53,553 nt of DNA from Octopus bimaculoides. Lineage: Eukaryota. Positions within the stretch are counted from its first letter, which is position 1. Every line of letters starts with the position of its first letter. A model generated the notes under the pieces. It searched no databases and had not been told where the DNA came from. It was given only the letters and a program-made list of their open reading frames with translations. This document shows, one piece after another, positions 35,566-48,330 of this stretch. The position numbers and the translations under genes were made by a program. The DNA is taken from contig NC_068983.1 of assembly GCF_001194135.2 (NCBI RefSeq), forward strand, positions 1,803,503 to 1,857,055, written 5' to 3'.

Positions 35566-36164
35566 GCATCTATTTTAAAACGGGGGCCACATTTTTCATT
35601 AATGTTTTCCGTAGTGTTTTTGGTACGGAAAGACTTTCAAACTTCGTATACTTATCTATTTTGTGTTATACAACAGAAAAATATTTTTGTATTCGTATTT
35701 ATTTCATGTAAAAAATTGTCTTATTTCGATAATTTCAACCAATCACTGACAAGTATTCAGTTGTTTACATTTACTCCTTTGGCTGATTAAGCGATGTAAA
35801 GCGTATTTAATCTCCATACCTTCGTTTTATTTGCTTTTTTCATTTTAAATTTGCTTTAACCCTAACCCTAACCCTAACCCTAACCTTAGGGTTAGGTTTA
35901 GGGTTAGGGTTAGGGTTAGGGTTAATTGTTTCAGAATCGTTTGTTTATGTAGTCGGCACTTAAAGTATATCGGCTGAATGGACGTCAGTGATTGGTTGAA
36001 ATTACAGAAATACGACAACTTTAACATGGAATAACTTATGGATTTCTTTTTTTTTTAAGAAGACTAAGAGAAAAAAGATGTTTTATATGACACATTCTAC
36101 CAGTGTTCCAAGTTTCAAAGTGTTTCGTTAATGAAAAATGTGGCCCCCGTTTTAAAAAAGATCC
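35566..36164. mobile_element. 599-bp palindromic MITE with 37-bp TIRs, inner 35-bp inverted repeats and central telomeric arrays
   Basis: TIRs at 35566-35602 and 36128-36164 (2 mismatches); inner IRs at 35716-35750 and 35984-36018 (3 mismatches); 8-bp direct repeat GAGCAGCA at 35558-35565 and 36165-36172. Confidence 0.88.
35856..35925. repeat. Interstitial telomeric repeats, (CCCTAA)n followed by (TTAGGG)n
   Basis: TTAACCCTAACCCTAACCCTAACCCTAACC|TTAGGGTTAGGTTTAGGGTTAGGGTTAGGGTTAGGGTTAA. Confidence 0.95.
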
Positions 36165-36537
36165 GAGCAGCATTGTAATAAATTCACGCGATTGAGGCAC
36201 TTTTCTAAACTCGAAAATGGAGTTTAAGTGCGTTTTGGCGACGGAGGTCAGGTCATTTCGTTGAACTAAAGAATAATACACGCACAAGCAACACACGTCA
36301 TCTATTGCAAATACTCATGCGGAAAATATATATCTTTGCTTCTTCTTATTTGTCGATTTCGGTCCACTTTGATTTCATCACCGAATATGTCTGGGCTCTA
36401 TGTACCTCCGGTGCTAAAGAGTGTATGTACCTCCGACAAGCATGTTTGAACGGTCCTCAATATTGCTACGTGGTGAGATTCTAATCAGATTTATGTCATA
36501 TTCATTAATATATCATTTGACAATTTAAAAATGCATA

Positions 36538-36584
<47 letters not shown>

Positions 36585-36999
36585 ATATATATANNNNNNN
36601 NNNNNNNNNNNNNNNNNNNNNNNNNNNNNNNNNNNNNNNNNNNNNNNNNNNNNNNNNNNNNNNNNNNNNNNNNNNNNNNNNNNNNNNNNNNNNNNNNNNN
36701 NNNNNNNNNNNNNNNNNNNNNNNNNNNNNNNNNNNNNNNNNNNNNNNNNNNNNNNNNNNNNNNNNNNNNNNNNNNNNNNNNNNNNNNNNNNNNNNNNNNN
36801 NNNNNNNNNNNNNNNNNNNNNNNNNNNNNNNNNNNNNNNNNNNNNNNNNNNNNNNNNNNNNNNNNNNNNNNNNNNNNNNNNNNNNNNNNNNNNNNNNNNN
36901 NNNNNNNNNNNNNNNNNNNNNNNNNNNNNNNNNNNNNNNNNNNNNNNNNNNNNNNNNNNNNNNNNNNNNNNNNNNNNNNNNNNNNNNNNNNNNNNNNNN

Positions 37000-37039
<40 letters not shown>

Positions 37040-37936
37040 TGTGTGTCTGCGTGTGTATTGTGTGTGTGTGTGTGTGTGTGTGTCTGTGTGAGTTTTTTTG
37101 CGTGTGTATGTGGGTGTGGGGCGTGTGAGTCTTTGTGGTATGAACGTGAGTGTTTTGTTTGAGTGTGTTTATGCGTATGTGCGTGCGCTCGCATGTGCAC
37201 TTATCAGAGCGCTGGTAATTGTCAGCAATACATTCAGTCTCCTTCCTCTTTCACAATGTTTTCCAATAATATAGAATGATATAGAAATAACATCCAAATT
37301 AAATTATTTTCGTGAAATGTTGTGAAGACACAAACGCAGTGTTGTTCTCAGTCATTGACTTTTGGCCACGTGATATGACGTCAAACATAGAAACCTGGTC
37401 AGTTGATTTGGTCTTTTTTTCTGTTCAGGATATCGACCTCCAATCTCTCCTTTCCTTTCACTAGCTGATTCTCATATTCCTCTCTATTTCTTTACACACT
37501 AATTAATATATTCTCCTCATTATTTACCATGCAAATTAATATATTCAATTCTTGATTTATGAATGTTTTGCTACATTCTCTCACATTATCTCAACTTTGT
37601 CAGACTTCCAGTTTGGCCTCTAGTTTTTCTCTGAATAAACATATTCTGAAACATAATCACATGATATCGCATGGATTTCTATGTAATATGTGAGAGAGAG
37701 AGAGAGAGAGTGAGAGAGAGAGAGTGAGAGAGAGAGTGAGAGAGAGAGCCAGACAAACAGACAGACAGAAAATGTACGTGTGTATGGGGGGGTGGCTATT
37801 TCTGTTCGTCTTTATGTTAGTGTTAAAGTGTGTGTTTGTAAATTGTTCCATGTGTTTTTTATCCAGCCGAAGATTAAAATCGTGAAACTCGATGTAATAT
37901 TTTGTTAACATGTTCACAGTCACACTAAAATGTATG

Positions 37937-37984
37937 CAGCCAATTAATACAGCCAATTAATACAGCCAATTAATACAGCCAATT
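37937..37984. repeat. 13-bp minisatellite CAGCCAATTAATA, about 3.7 units
   Basis: Directly visible perfect units. Confidence 0.9.
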
Positions 37985-38733
37985 GGAAAAATAAGTCGAA
38001 TGTAAGTAGCTGTCTACGCTTCCTTTCATAGGGCCTCCCGTGGCATCAAATAATATGAGATAACAATCGATATCAAACGAGATTGATAACAATCAATATC
38101 AATCTGATATGGATCAGTCTCAACCATCGACATTTGTTTGATTACTTGTACGCTTAGTTAAGTGGATTTTCTCGTCTCTCCTCCAAAGATTATTGTATTT
38201 GTTCGGCCTTAACCTGGATGCAGTTGCAAGCAGTAATTTTAGACATATAAATGCACCACAAACAACAATTGAAACCGTATTTCAAGATAAACAAAAATCA
38301 CTAGGGTTGCCTCAAATCTCAGAAACTGCCTTTTCTATAACACGCTTAGCAATTCATCATTTATAAAATATGGAAAATATTCCATCGACGCTTCATGTTG
38401 ACATGAATTTTAAAAATCTCCAAACAATGAACACATATACTATAAGTTACCTACAAGAGTCGCGTTCTCTTAATCTAAAATCATTGAAGCACTATATAAT
38501 GTCCTAAATTAAGTATGCTTAATTAAGTAAACAATATATCGGAGAATTAAATTTTATATCCGTGATATAGGAGGTGGGCGATTGATTCCAAGAAATACTC
38601 AATTAACAAAGAATGTGCAAACATCTTTCACACCCACAGTGACATCTTAAGTAGAGTCTTTGATGTCAGAGCTATGATCTAAATAAATCCAACAGGTGAC
38701 GCTGCTAAATGGGATAACTTCTGCGCTAATAAT

Positions 38734-38948
38734 ATTCTTTTCTAATCTAGGTGCAAGGCCCGAAATTTTTGGGGAGGGGGCCAGTCGATTAGATCGGCCC
38801 CATTAAGCAATTGGTACTTAATTTATCGACCCCGAAAAGATGAAAGGCACAGTCGACCTCGGCGGAATTTGAACTCAGAACGTAAAGGCAGACGAAATAC
38901 TGCTAAGCATTTCGCCCGGCGTGCTAACGTCTCTGCCAGCTCGCCGCC
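38734..38948 (-). mobile_element. Full-length, low-divergence family-1 SINE with probable 11-bp TSD
   Basis: Complete head to tail; CTAATAATATT at 38726-38736 and 38956-38966. Confidence 0.9.
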
Positions 38949-39806
38949 ATTTGGACTAATAATATTGGCGAAAAACTATAATTTGTGTACCATGTCTTTC
39001 TTTCTTTCTTTCTTTCTTTCTCTCTCTCCGTGTCTCTTTCTTTCTGTGTATCTCTTTCTTTCTGTGTATCTCTTTCTATCTCTATTCTGCGACCTTTTCC
39101 CTTCTCTATCTCTCTCTCACTCTTCCTGTATACACACACACACACGCATGCATACACGCACGTCCCTATGTGTATGTATCAATGTCTATATGTATACATA
39201 CGTCTTAGAAATGCGTAAACTACTTTACAACTCTCTGGCAATGTATAAATAATTTAATCAAATAAATATTAAATTCGATGAATTTATTCCTATATTTTTT
39301 TCTTACGTAGGTTGAGGTAACTGAAATCAAATGAACACAACACCTGCAGCGATGCTAGCGGCATAAAAATGTTGAACTCTTCGTGAGTATAACATGTTTA
39401 TTAGTTATCTCGATAATGTTCTCTCCCTTGTTATTATTATATCTCTTATCATACACGGAAAATCGATTAGATGCTTTTTATGATTAGAGAAAATTAATTC
39501 ATATGACAATCTTTATCTTTATCATACAACGATATATCGCTATACATAGAACATATTTTTCAGAATATACCAGAATAGCGTTGCTGCAAGAATGATTTTG
39601 ATTACAAATGGGAGGTTGTTACTGCAAAAGATAATATGTAGGTGGCTTTATTTGAAATATGACAACTAGCATACATATGAGTGTGTGTGCGTGTGTTTAT
39701 CGATAACTAGATATAGATACATGTATTGAAACAGAAATGCCTTTGTATGCATATGTTTATATATCTATAGTTATATTTACACCATATATGTATGTATGTA
39801 TGTATG

Positions 39807-39869
<63 letters not shown>

Positions 39870-39955
39870 NNNNNNNNNNNNNNNNNNNNNNNNNNNNNNN
39901 NNNNNNNNNNNNNNNNNNNNNNNNNNNNNNNNNNNNNNNNNNNNNNNNNNNNNNN

Positions 39956-40022
<67 letters not shown>

Positions 40023-40136
40023 ATAGATCGATAGATATATAGTCAATCCAAACAAGAACAAGCAAGAAATAAACAACAATGTGAGGATGTGGTATAAGTA
40101 CTGTGTTATTGGACGCCCAGGAAAGGAAAGAAAAGA

Positions 40137-40172
40137 GGATTTCACGTTTCGAACGGAGCTCTTCATCAAAAG
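40137..40172 (-). ncRNA. Decayed hammerhead motif (C3U without G8A, G17) in a PLE-type tail (about 40030-40200), related to 19671-19708
   Basis: CTT-TTGATGA-A-GAGC(tcc)GTTC-GAAA-CG-TG-AAATCC; tail ends at (TA)/(GATA) repeats. Confidence 0.55.
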
Positions 40173-40944
40173 TATAGAAAAATTTCAAAAAAGGAGGACA
40201 AGAAAAAAAAGTGTGAATAAGTCTTCAGGTGTAAACGTAAGGACCTACAACTATTAACGAACACAAGATACACTTTATGAAGCCTTAAACACTGGGATTT
40301 GATGAAAGGTTGTAGACTGCTATGTGTCTCAATAAAGAAATAAATGTCGACTCTAGACCGATTCATATATATCGGATTTGGAAACGGATTAAAGGACATA
40401 TGCATATGTATATATGTATATATACATATAAATTTATATATGTATATATACATATATACAAGTATGTATATGCATGTATATAAACATATGTACATTTACC
40501 TGTACATATGCATTTACATCTGCATGTACGAGTGAATGTGCGCGTATGCATGTGTGCACCTGCGCGTGTGCGTGTGCGTTCCAGAGCGTCTATGTTCAGC
40601 CTTTCTGCGATATAAATATGTAAGCATACAAATTTATTCAACCTCCGTTTCAGAAGCAGAGAAATTGACACATATGTGTTAGACATATAGATAGGTAAGT
40701 GCATAAATTGCTCAAGAGAATGTCATTTCATTGTCAAGGAACATCTGAAGATCTTTTTTGAAATACGTCAAAAAGCATTTCCTATCGCATGTTTTTTTAG
40801 AATTATAAATATTTATACATAAAAACATACGTAAATCCGTACTTACACACATACACACCTCCATTCCAAATATGCACAAACATATACATTCACACATTCA
40901 TACACAAATGTTTAGATTTATATATACATACAAACACTCACACA

Positions 40945-42065
40945 CACATTGTGGTGTACTGCAATGCATTGTTTTGTTATAAGAAGAAAGTTCCGTCTGC
41001 CATATTTTCCTAAGTCTGGTGTAATATTCTCGGGTCATTCTACTTTTATTCACAGTGTCTTCATATGATACATTTCCGTCTATGCCTCAGTACTTGTAAC
41101 ATTCTTTGTGCGGAATGGGAGAGATAGAGAGATCGTTGATGCACAGGTTTGTGGTTTGTGGGACTGACTTTTTTCGCTTTATAACCAAATATTAATTCCA
41201 GTTGTTGTTTTTTTTTGGCATTGTTAACTCTTTTAGCATAAATGTTGGGGTCCTCTACAATGAAATTGAGTTACATTGATATTACTCTGTACTCAGTTGT
41301 AAGGGTAAGAATAGTTGTCTTTGAGAGTCTCTCTCTATAGCATCAATTAGAGCGGTAGGTACTTTTGCCAGGTGTAGGCACTTCAACGGCCATGAATGAG
41401 GGATAGAGTCAAATTCATTCTTCTAATCATGCCATACTGTCACAAGGTGTCTGCGTTGTTTTCTTACTTCAGACAGTACAGCTTTGTTTATTAAAAGTTG
41501 TTCGGCACACCCCTACACTCTCTTCTTTCCACCAGGCTACTCAACAGTCACAATGTTTTTCGATTCACAACGGTTCTGGAGGAATTGGTTGGGGCAACTT
41601 GTGTACAATTTGTACATAATGTTTAGGTAAGCAATGGGCCTGTAGTTTCCTGCCATCTCGGCGATTTCGATTTTGGCAAGAAGATTTGTCCTTGATGTAG
41701 CAAGCCACTTTGGTATATCCGTCTCACCTTCCATAGTCCTCTTGAACATACATATCAATTGGTTTCTATAAAATGTAAGCTTCTTGTACCAATATCCAGC
41801 TATTAGGTCCCTTCTAGGTGCCTTCCTATTCTGCAGTTTGCCTACTACTATAGAGAAGGTTTTTGTATCATTCCTTTTACTGTTAGTGTTGGTAGAATAT
41901 TCTCTCTCACTTGTATTTAATCATGATGCATTCGGATTGCAATCCATCTTTTCATTCCAAATATTTTACTAGAATGACTGTAGATCTTCTTGGGATGGAG
42001 CTTTCTTTATGATAATATTTTCCTTCCTCATTTCTCTGTATAATGCTTATGGGTTGGAAGTAAAC
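40945..42065 (-). mobile_element. Second R4/Dong-like relic (RT N-part to RT end, with an internal deletion)
   Basis: KLQNRKAPRRDLIAGYWYKKL, NYRPIAYLNIMYKLYTSC, GGKKSV, FIVEDPNIYAK..QLELI, CYKY*GIDGNVSY..EYYTRLRKIWQTELSSYNK. Confidence 0.82.
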
Positions 42066-43149
42066 TTGTGATTCATACTGACTCATTCAAAAATTGGCGG
42101 AGTTTTTCGCTCATCGTCCTGAATTCGTGTTTTAAAGTGATTAGCTTTCCCACGAGAGCTCGGTGTGACGTGTTGCCATAAAGTTTCGCTAATTTTTGTT
42201 TTCTCCTTACATTNNNNNNNNNNATTTTTTGCGAATTGTAATTTTAAAATGTTTTTGAGTCGGATGCATTCCGCAGTCTTCGCTACTGAGTCAATTAACT
42301 ATCGAGACATGCTCCAATTTAGTGATGGTGGGAGCGGTGGTTTATTTACAATATTTTTAATGCCGCTTCTGGCAGATTTTGGCCCATTCTCACTGTTTTG
42401 GTAGAATCGAGGATCAGTTGATTTGTTTTTACAAAAGATGCTTGTAGTCGAAGCTATTTCGACGTGAACCAATTTAAATTGGGACGAACTTCCTCCCATT
42501 ATTGTTTTAGCTGCTTCGTGTATGTATGTATGTATGTATGTATGTATGTATGTATGTATGTATGTATGTGCGTACGTACGTATGTATGTATGTATGTATG
42601 TATGTATGTATGCATATATGCAGATTTGTATGTTTTATGCATGTATTCTCACGCATATAGCTAGTTACACATNNNNNNNNNNATGTATGTATGTATGTAT
42701 GTATGTATGTATGTATGTATGTGCGTACGTACGTATGTATGTATGTATGTATGTATGTATGTATGCATATATGCAGATTTGTATGTTTTATGCATGTATT
42801 CTCACGCATATAGCTAGTTACACATCTAGACATGCTCATATATATTTAAATGATAAACTTCTGGAAAGTTTTACAGCATTTTACAGTTCCAGTGATGGAT
42901 TGGATCATGTTTGAACACAAGTTTATTTGAACAAACAGTAAAACAGAAGTCGACATATGTGTGTATGTATTTTGTGTTATTTGCATTTAGAAGAAAGTTA
43001 AAAAGTTGTTTCGATTTTCGAGCAATTGGTACATGACACAGTGGCATTGATCTATCAGTTCGATAATGAACATTGAAGAAACGGTCCGGAACAGAGTTAC
43101 ATTTGTAACTTTCTTCCGATTAAAGATGATATACATTTAGATATATGCA

Positions 43150-43243
<94 letters not shown>

Positions 43244-44672
43244 ACTATCTTTTCGATTCCAAATTCCAATGAATACCTGACTACGTAGTTCAATGGAACC
43301 GAAATTCGTATAAAAGGACCTACATTCTTTATTGAATATTGATTACTCCCCCATTGTTAAGAACTTAAAATCAATGCCCAAATACTTCGCGTATATATGC
43401 ACACACACACACACACACACATACACACACACACACACACACACATACATATGTATGTGTGTGCGTGTCATACATATAAACAGATCCGTATATGTAAATG
43501 TAATTATGCATACGTGTATATTGGTGAATGATTTTCTATTTGTTTACCGAGATAGATCTTCGATAGTTTGTCATTTATTACCGTACAAAATACTAAATAT
43601 TGATTATAGTCCAATTAGAACTAGAAAAACTGTGCTCAGCCGATTGAATTTTGGCGAATGTTCCACTGCAGTTAACACTTTACTGCATTAGATTGGTAGG
43701 TTTTCCTGAACCGTTACTAGTTTCAACTCTATAGTCTATATATGCCCGCAGACTTGTTCTTTATTCGAAGTTTATAATCATTTACTCATTTGATTATACT
43801 AATGAAAGCCGGTGCAATACGTTGAATATATTTCCAAAAAGTTTAAAATTGCGGCAAAATAATAGTATATTTGAACAAACAGTTATATATTCGAGCTAAT
43901 TTCATAAACCTGCGCTATATATTTTGATATCTGAAGCTATCATAAATATGTGCTTGGCTTTTGTAGTTGATATTACCTTATAAAAGAGTCTGTTGGCAAA
44001 TAGTCTGGTTGTCTTGTAAGACAAGTGTTACTTTATAAACCAAAATAAGAGGAAGCTTCACAACGTGGTTGGTTTTCGATAGGAACTTCTTTCGACAGCT
44101 CCCGTGTGCGTGTGAGTGTGTGACAATAGAATTAGAGCTTCAAACTTGGAAATTATTTCATCGAATCCATCCAACAAAAATGGATCGATTCAATGACGAA
44201 ATATCTTGATATATGTGAAAATTCTCAAATATCCAAAGAGTTTTCATAAACATTAACATATAGACATGTCTCCTGGGGCTACATTACAGCAACATTCGTC
44301 CTAAACCAGGACAGCCATGTTGCGTTGGTAAACAATCTTTATTCCAAAGTACCGTTGCTGAATATCTCTTGTTGTGAGATTTACAAATAGTAATTTTCTA
44401 GACTGGTGTAACTCCATTTACTGCATAATCCTAAAAATGTTTTATCGACGTTTTACCACCATTTTATTGATAAGTTATCATCATGTAATGTACGAAATAA
44501 TACATCCAACCAGTGCCATTCCATCAATACTGGAAAATCTTGGTTCTTCCACCCTATATAGATTTGGATGCAGGATACGTCGGCGCTTTTTAACGCATAA
44601 TAATTGTAAATGAATCCATTTTTTACTTTATGTTAACCATATTACAATTGGAGTAAAGATTTTTGCCAATAT

Positions 44673-44915
44673 AACATGGCAGTCCTGGTTTAGGACGAAT
44701 GTTGTGGTAATTTAGCCCCAGGAAACACCTTTTCCAGCTGGCTATACGACACGATCTGTGTCCTTATATTTTCGAACAAGGGAATCTAGCAACCCCCTCA
44801 GCTCAAAACAATATTGTGTATCAAGATTCGGGGTGATTTCCGGAAACACATACGCCATAGAAACCGGGAAACTGGGCCTATGAGCCTGGCTAGGCTTTAA
44901 AAGGACGCATAAATA
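44673..44915 (+). mobile_element. Interspersed repeat 3' end sharing its tail with the SINE at 10297; inverted 51-bp partial copy at 44271-44321
   Basis: AACATGGCAGTCCTGGTTTAGGACGAATGTTG..GCCCCAGGA is the reverse complement of 44271-44321; tail GCCATAGAAACCGGGAAACTGGG followed by an A-rich end. Confidence 0.65.
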
Positions 44916-44925
44916 AAAAAAAGTA

Positions 44926-45038
<113 letters not shown>

Positions 45039-45848
45039 TACATATAAATTTCATGTATTTATTTGCAGATTTTCTGACAAAAGAATTGTAATAGACGGGA
45101 AAACTAACTTATTAGTATATCCTCTTCGCTTCCGCATTCAATACAATGTTTTAATAAGCCAGGTGTAAAAATGTCAAATCACACAGGCACATACAGACAC
45201 ATACACGCATACGCAAACACCTACATACACACACATGTATGAAAATTAGTATGTGAGTATGTATGTGTGAATATATGCATGTATGTAAGAATATTTGAAT
45301 GACAGATCAATCTGGGCTTACTCTATCAAAATAAGTGAAATGCTGGGGCTATATAACCAGAAACGTTTCTAAACAGTCACCCGAAGAGTACTATAAGAAC
45401 TGCAAAACATCTCACCTGCGGACTACAGATGCGAAAATGCGTGGAAATAATTGTAGGGATTTTTTAATAAAGAATTTCGTTTATTGCATTTTGTGTCGTT
45501 TATGTATGTATGTATGTACGTACCACTGTATGTATGTATGAATTTATACATAATATGTATATGTAAGTATACATGTACTTATACATAATAGCTATAAATA
45601 TATATATGTGTGCATATGTGTGTGTCAGTGTGTGTGTGTATGTATGTGTGTTTATTATCACAGAAATATCTATGTGAAATCTTTGTGTATATACCTGTTA
45701 TGTGTTAAGCTGCTTATAAAAAAATGATGCTGCAACCATTTTGTATTCATTTCTTATTTTTTAAGTCTAAATTGCTGCTTATGTTCCATGTAGTGGCCTT
45801 TCTGTTGTCACTCTCTATGCATCCTATTATGCATGAAGAACTGTGTGC

Positions 45849-45897
<49 letters not shown>

Positions 45898-46622
45898 TCT
45901 ATCTGTCTGTCTGTCTGTTTTTAATGAGTCAGTTTCTAGCATGTGCATGTCTAAGTGTGAGCTTGTATGCATTTGTCCGTGCGTGATTTTGCGATCGTAT
46001 CAAAATGCTGTTAAAAAGCTTTCAGGTGATGATCCGATGATGACGCACACGAGACATGAAGACCTCTCCTGAAAACACTGGAATCTTCTGGAATGGTAAA
46101 TCATGACGCTGGATTGAAGAAACTTTTGATGTGTTCCGACTGTGAGAGAATCATGGATATGCATATTTCGATCTTGCTGGAGGGTCTCAACCAACTGCTT
46201 TTCTCTTGGGCCCTTCACCAAGGTCGGAGTGTGCATGTTACAATATCCTGGTAGAATTACCCAATGGAAGAACTCCAGTTTATTTACATGGAAAGCCAGA
46301 GGAAACGAATATATTTATTGAACGCGCGCACACACACACACAGCACACACACAGACACGCAAAGACACGTCGATATATACAAATATGCATTTACATATGT
46401 ATCTTGATAAAGTACCAACATGCATAAGTTTACACTTATATGTCATGTCTATTTACATATCCACACGCAGGCACATACACATACGTACATGTGTGTGTAT
46501 ATATATATTTACATATATATTTACATATATCTCAATTAACACAGCTTCATTCGGTTTCCGTGCTACATCAAATGTCGCAGGCCCCTAACTGAGCTCCTGT
46601 TTTAATTAATACAAGTAAATTC

Positions 46623-46660
<38 letters not shown>

Positions 46661-47048
46661 NNNNNNNNNNNNNNNNNNNNNNNNNNNNNNNNNNNNNNNN
46701 NNNNNNNNNNNNNNNNNNNNNNNNNNNNNNNNNNNNNNNNNNNNNNNNNNNNNNNNNNNNNNNNNNNNNNNNNNNNNNNNNNNNNNNNNNNNNNNNNNNN
46801 NNNNNNNNNNNNNNNNNNNNNNNNNNNNNNNNNNNNNNNNNNNNNNNNNNNNNNNNNNNNNNNNNNNNNNNNNNNNNNNNNNNNNNNNNNNNNNNNNNNN
46901 NNNNNNNNNNNNNNNNNNNNNNNNNNNNNNNNNNNNNNNNNNNNNNNNNNNNNNNNNNNNNNNNNNNNNNNNNNNNNNNNNNNNNNNNNNNNNNNNNNNN
47001 NNNNNNNNNNNNNNNNNNNNNNNNNNNNTATATATATATATATATATG

Positions 47049-47079
<31 letters not shown>

Positions 47080-47099
47080 ATACAGAAGCATTAGTTATA

Positions 47100-48330
47100 G
47101 AACAAACATTAATTTGGGGTCAACAGCTTTACATACAACACTACCGATGTATCGTCCACTCACCCAACGTCCAGTATAGATAGCAGCGTTACCGCTATTT
47201 CGATCAAAATCTCTAATTTATCTGCAAATGAAGAGAATTTCGATCCACACGCACCTGTGTACAATAACGCTCTAAAAATAAGCGGATTCAAGACTAAAAT
47301 CTCATATATACCGAACACGATATTTAAAAACAAGATGGATGGTCTACCACCTGACCATGTCACGGTTGATCCGGAAAAATGTAATGTATTACCTGATAGC
47401 AAACAAAATAAGCCAAATTTCTAACGTTTTTAGAATATTAGAAATGGGTATAGGAAGCGAAATAGAAGTAGTGAGGAGATTAGTAAAACTAAGAGCGCAC
47501 GTTCTAGAATAAGAGAAGTAATGTGGTTCGCCACTTCCTTTTTCTCTTAGAGTGAGAAATTTGCCTAAGATGCTTTTTAAGATTCTGGAGAAGAACTTCC
47601 ATAAAGGTCCTAAATACTCTAGCATTTGCATTAAGTCTTATATCAAGTTCTCTTACTCAGTAATACCAAATTTGTCCTCCATTATTGCATCTATAAATAG
47701 AAGCAAGTTAAATGGGCAAGGGCACAGGATATGTTCTTCTGATGGAAACCCCGGTTCTGGGCAGGTAAGTTCTGATACGCCTAAGGTTAATGATGCCAAC
47801 ATTTTGCTCCCACCCGGTGTATCCAAACCCCAGTAATGAGAGGTGTGAAGGAGTGAATAGGGGAAACTTGACAAGTACTGTTAGTGGTAAAAATAAGGTT
47901 AGGGATGTCCCTCGGAAATCATGTAGAAACCCTGGATTATGTCCCCTTGACGGGTTCTGTCTAATTACCAATGCATTATATAAATGCGTTGTTAAGGATG
48001 AGGATAATTTGAATAAGTTTTATATAGGTAGTACAGTAAATTTTAACGCTAGATATAGGGACCACATGAGCTCGTTCTGAAACGAAAAATACTGCAGCTC
48101 TACCACACTTGCATCTTATTTACACGATCTAAAGAAGAATAATAAGAGTTATTCTCTGGAATAGTCCGTTATTTCGAGAGCCCCTTACTTCAGAGTAAAT
48201 ATAAATAAGTATAAGTTGTGTTTAAAGGAATCCCTTGCAATCCTTAAGTCTCTTGGGCCAAAAACTTCGAAAATATTTACTGAAGTGATCCATTTTTGAA
48301 ACCATAGGTTTTCGTCCATCTTTTTGAAAG
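47100..48330 (+). mobile_element. Penelope-like element relic: RT thumb/linker plus C-terminal GIY-YIG endonuclease
   Basis: HPTSSI..ISNLSANEENF..YNNALKISG, REVMWF, KFSYSVIPNLSSII, SCRNPGLCPLDGFCLITNALYKC..FYIGSTVNFNARYRDHMSSF*NEKYCSSTTLASY..KLCLKESLAI; stops and frameshifts. Confidence 0.85.

Noticed and set aside
35856-35925. Relic of a telomere-telomere chromosome fusion
   Set aside because: A fusion gives (TTAGGG)n-(CCCTAA)n; here the order is reversed and the arrays are embedded in a TIR element.
42505-42830. Roughly 145-bp exact direct duplication
   Set aside because: The two copies flank a 10-N gap, a typical unmerged contig-overlap artefact.
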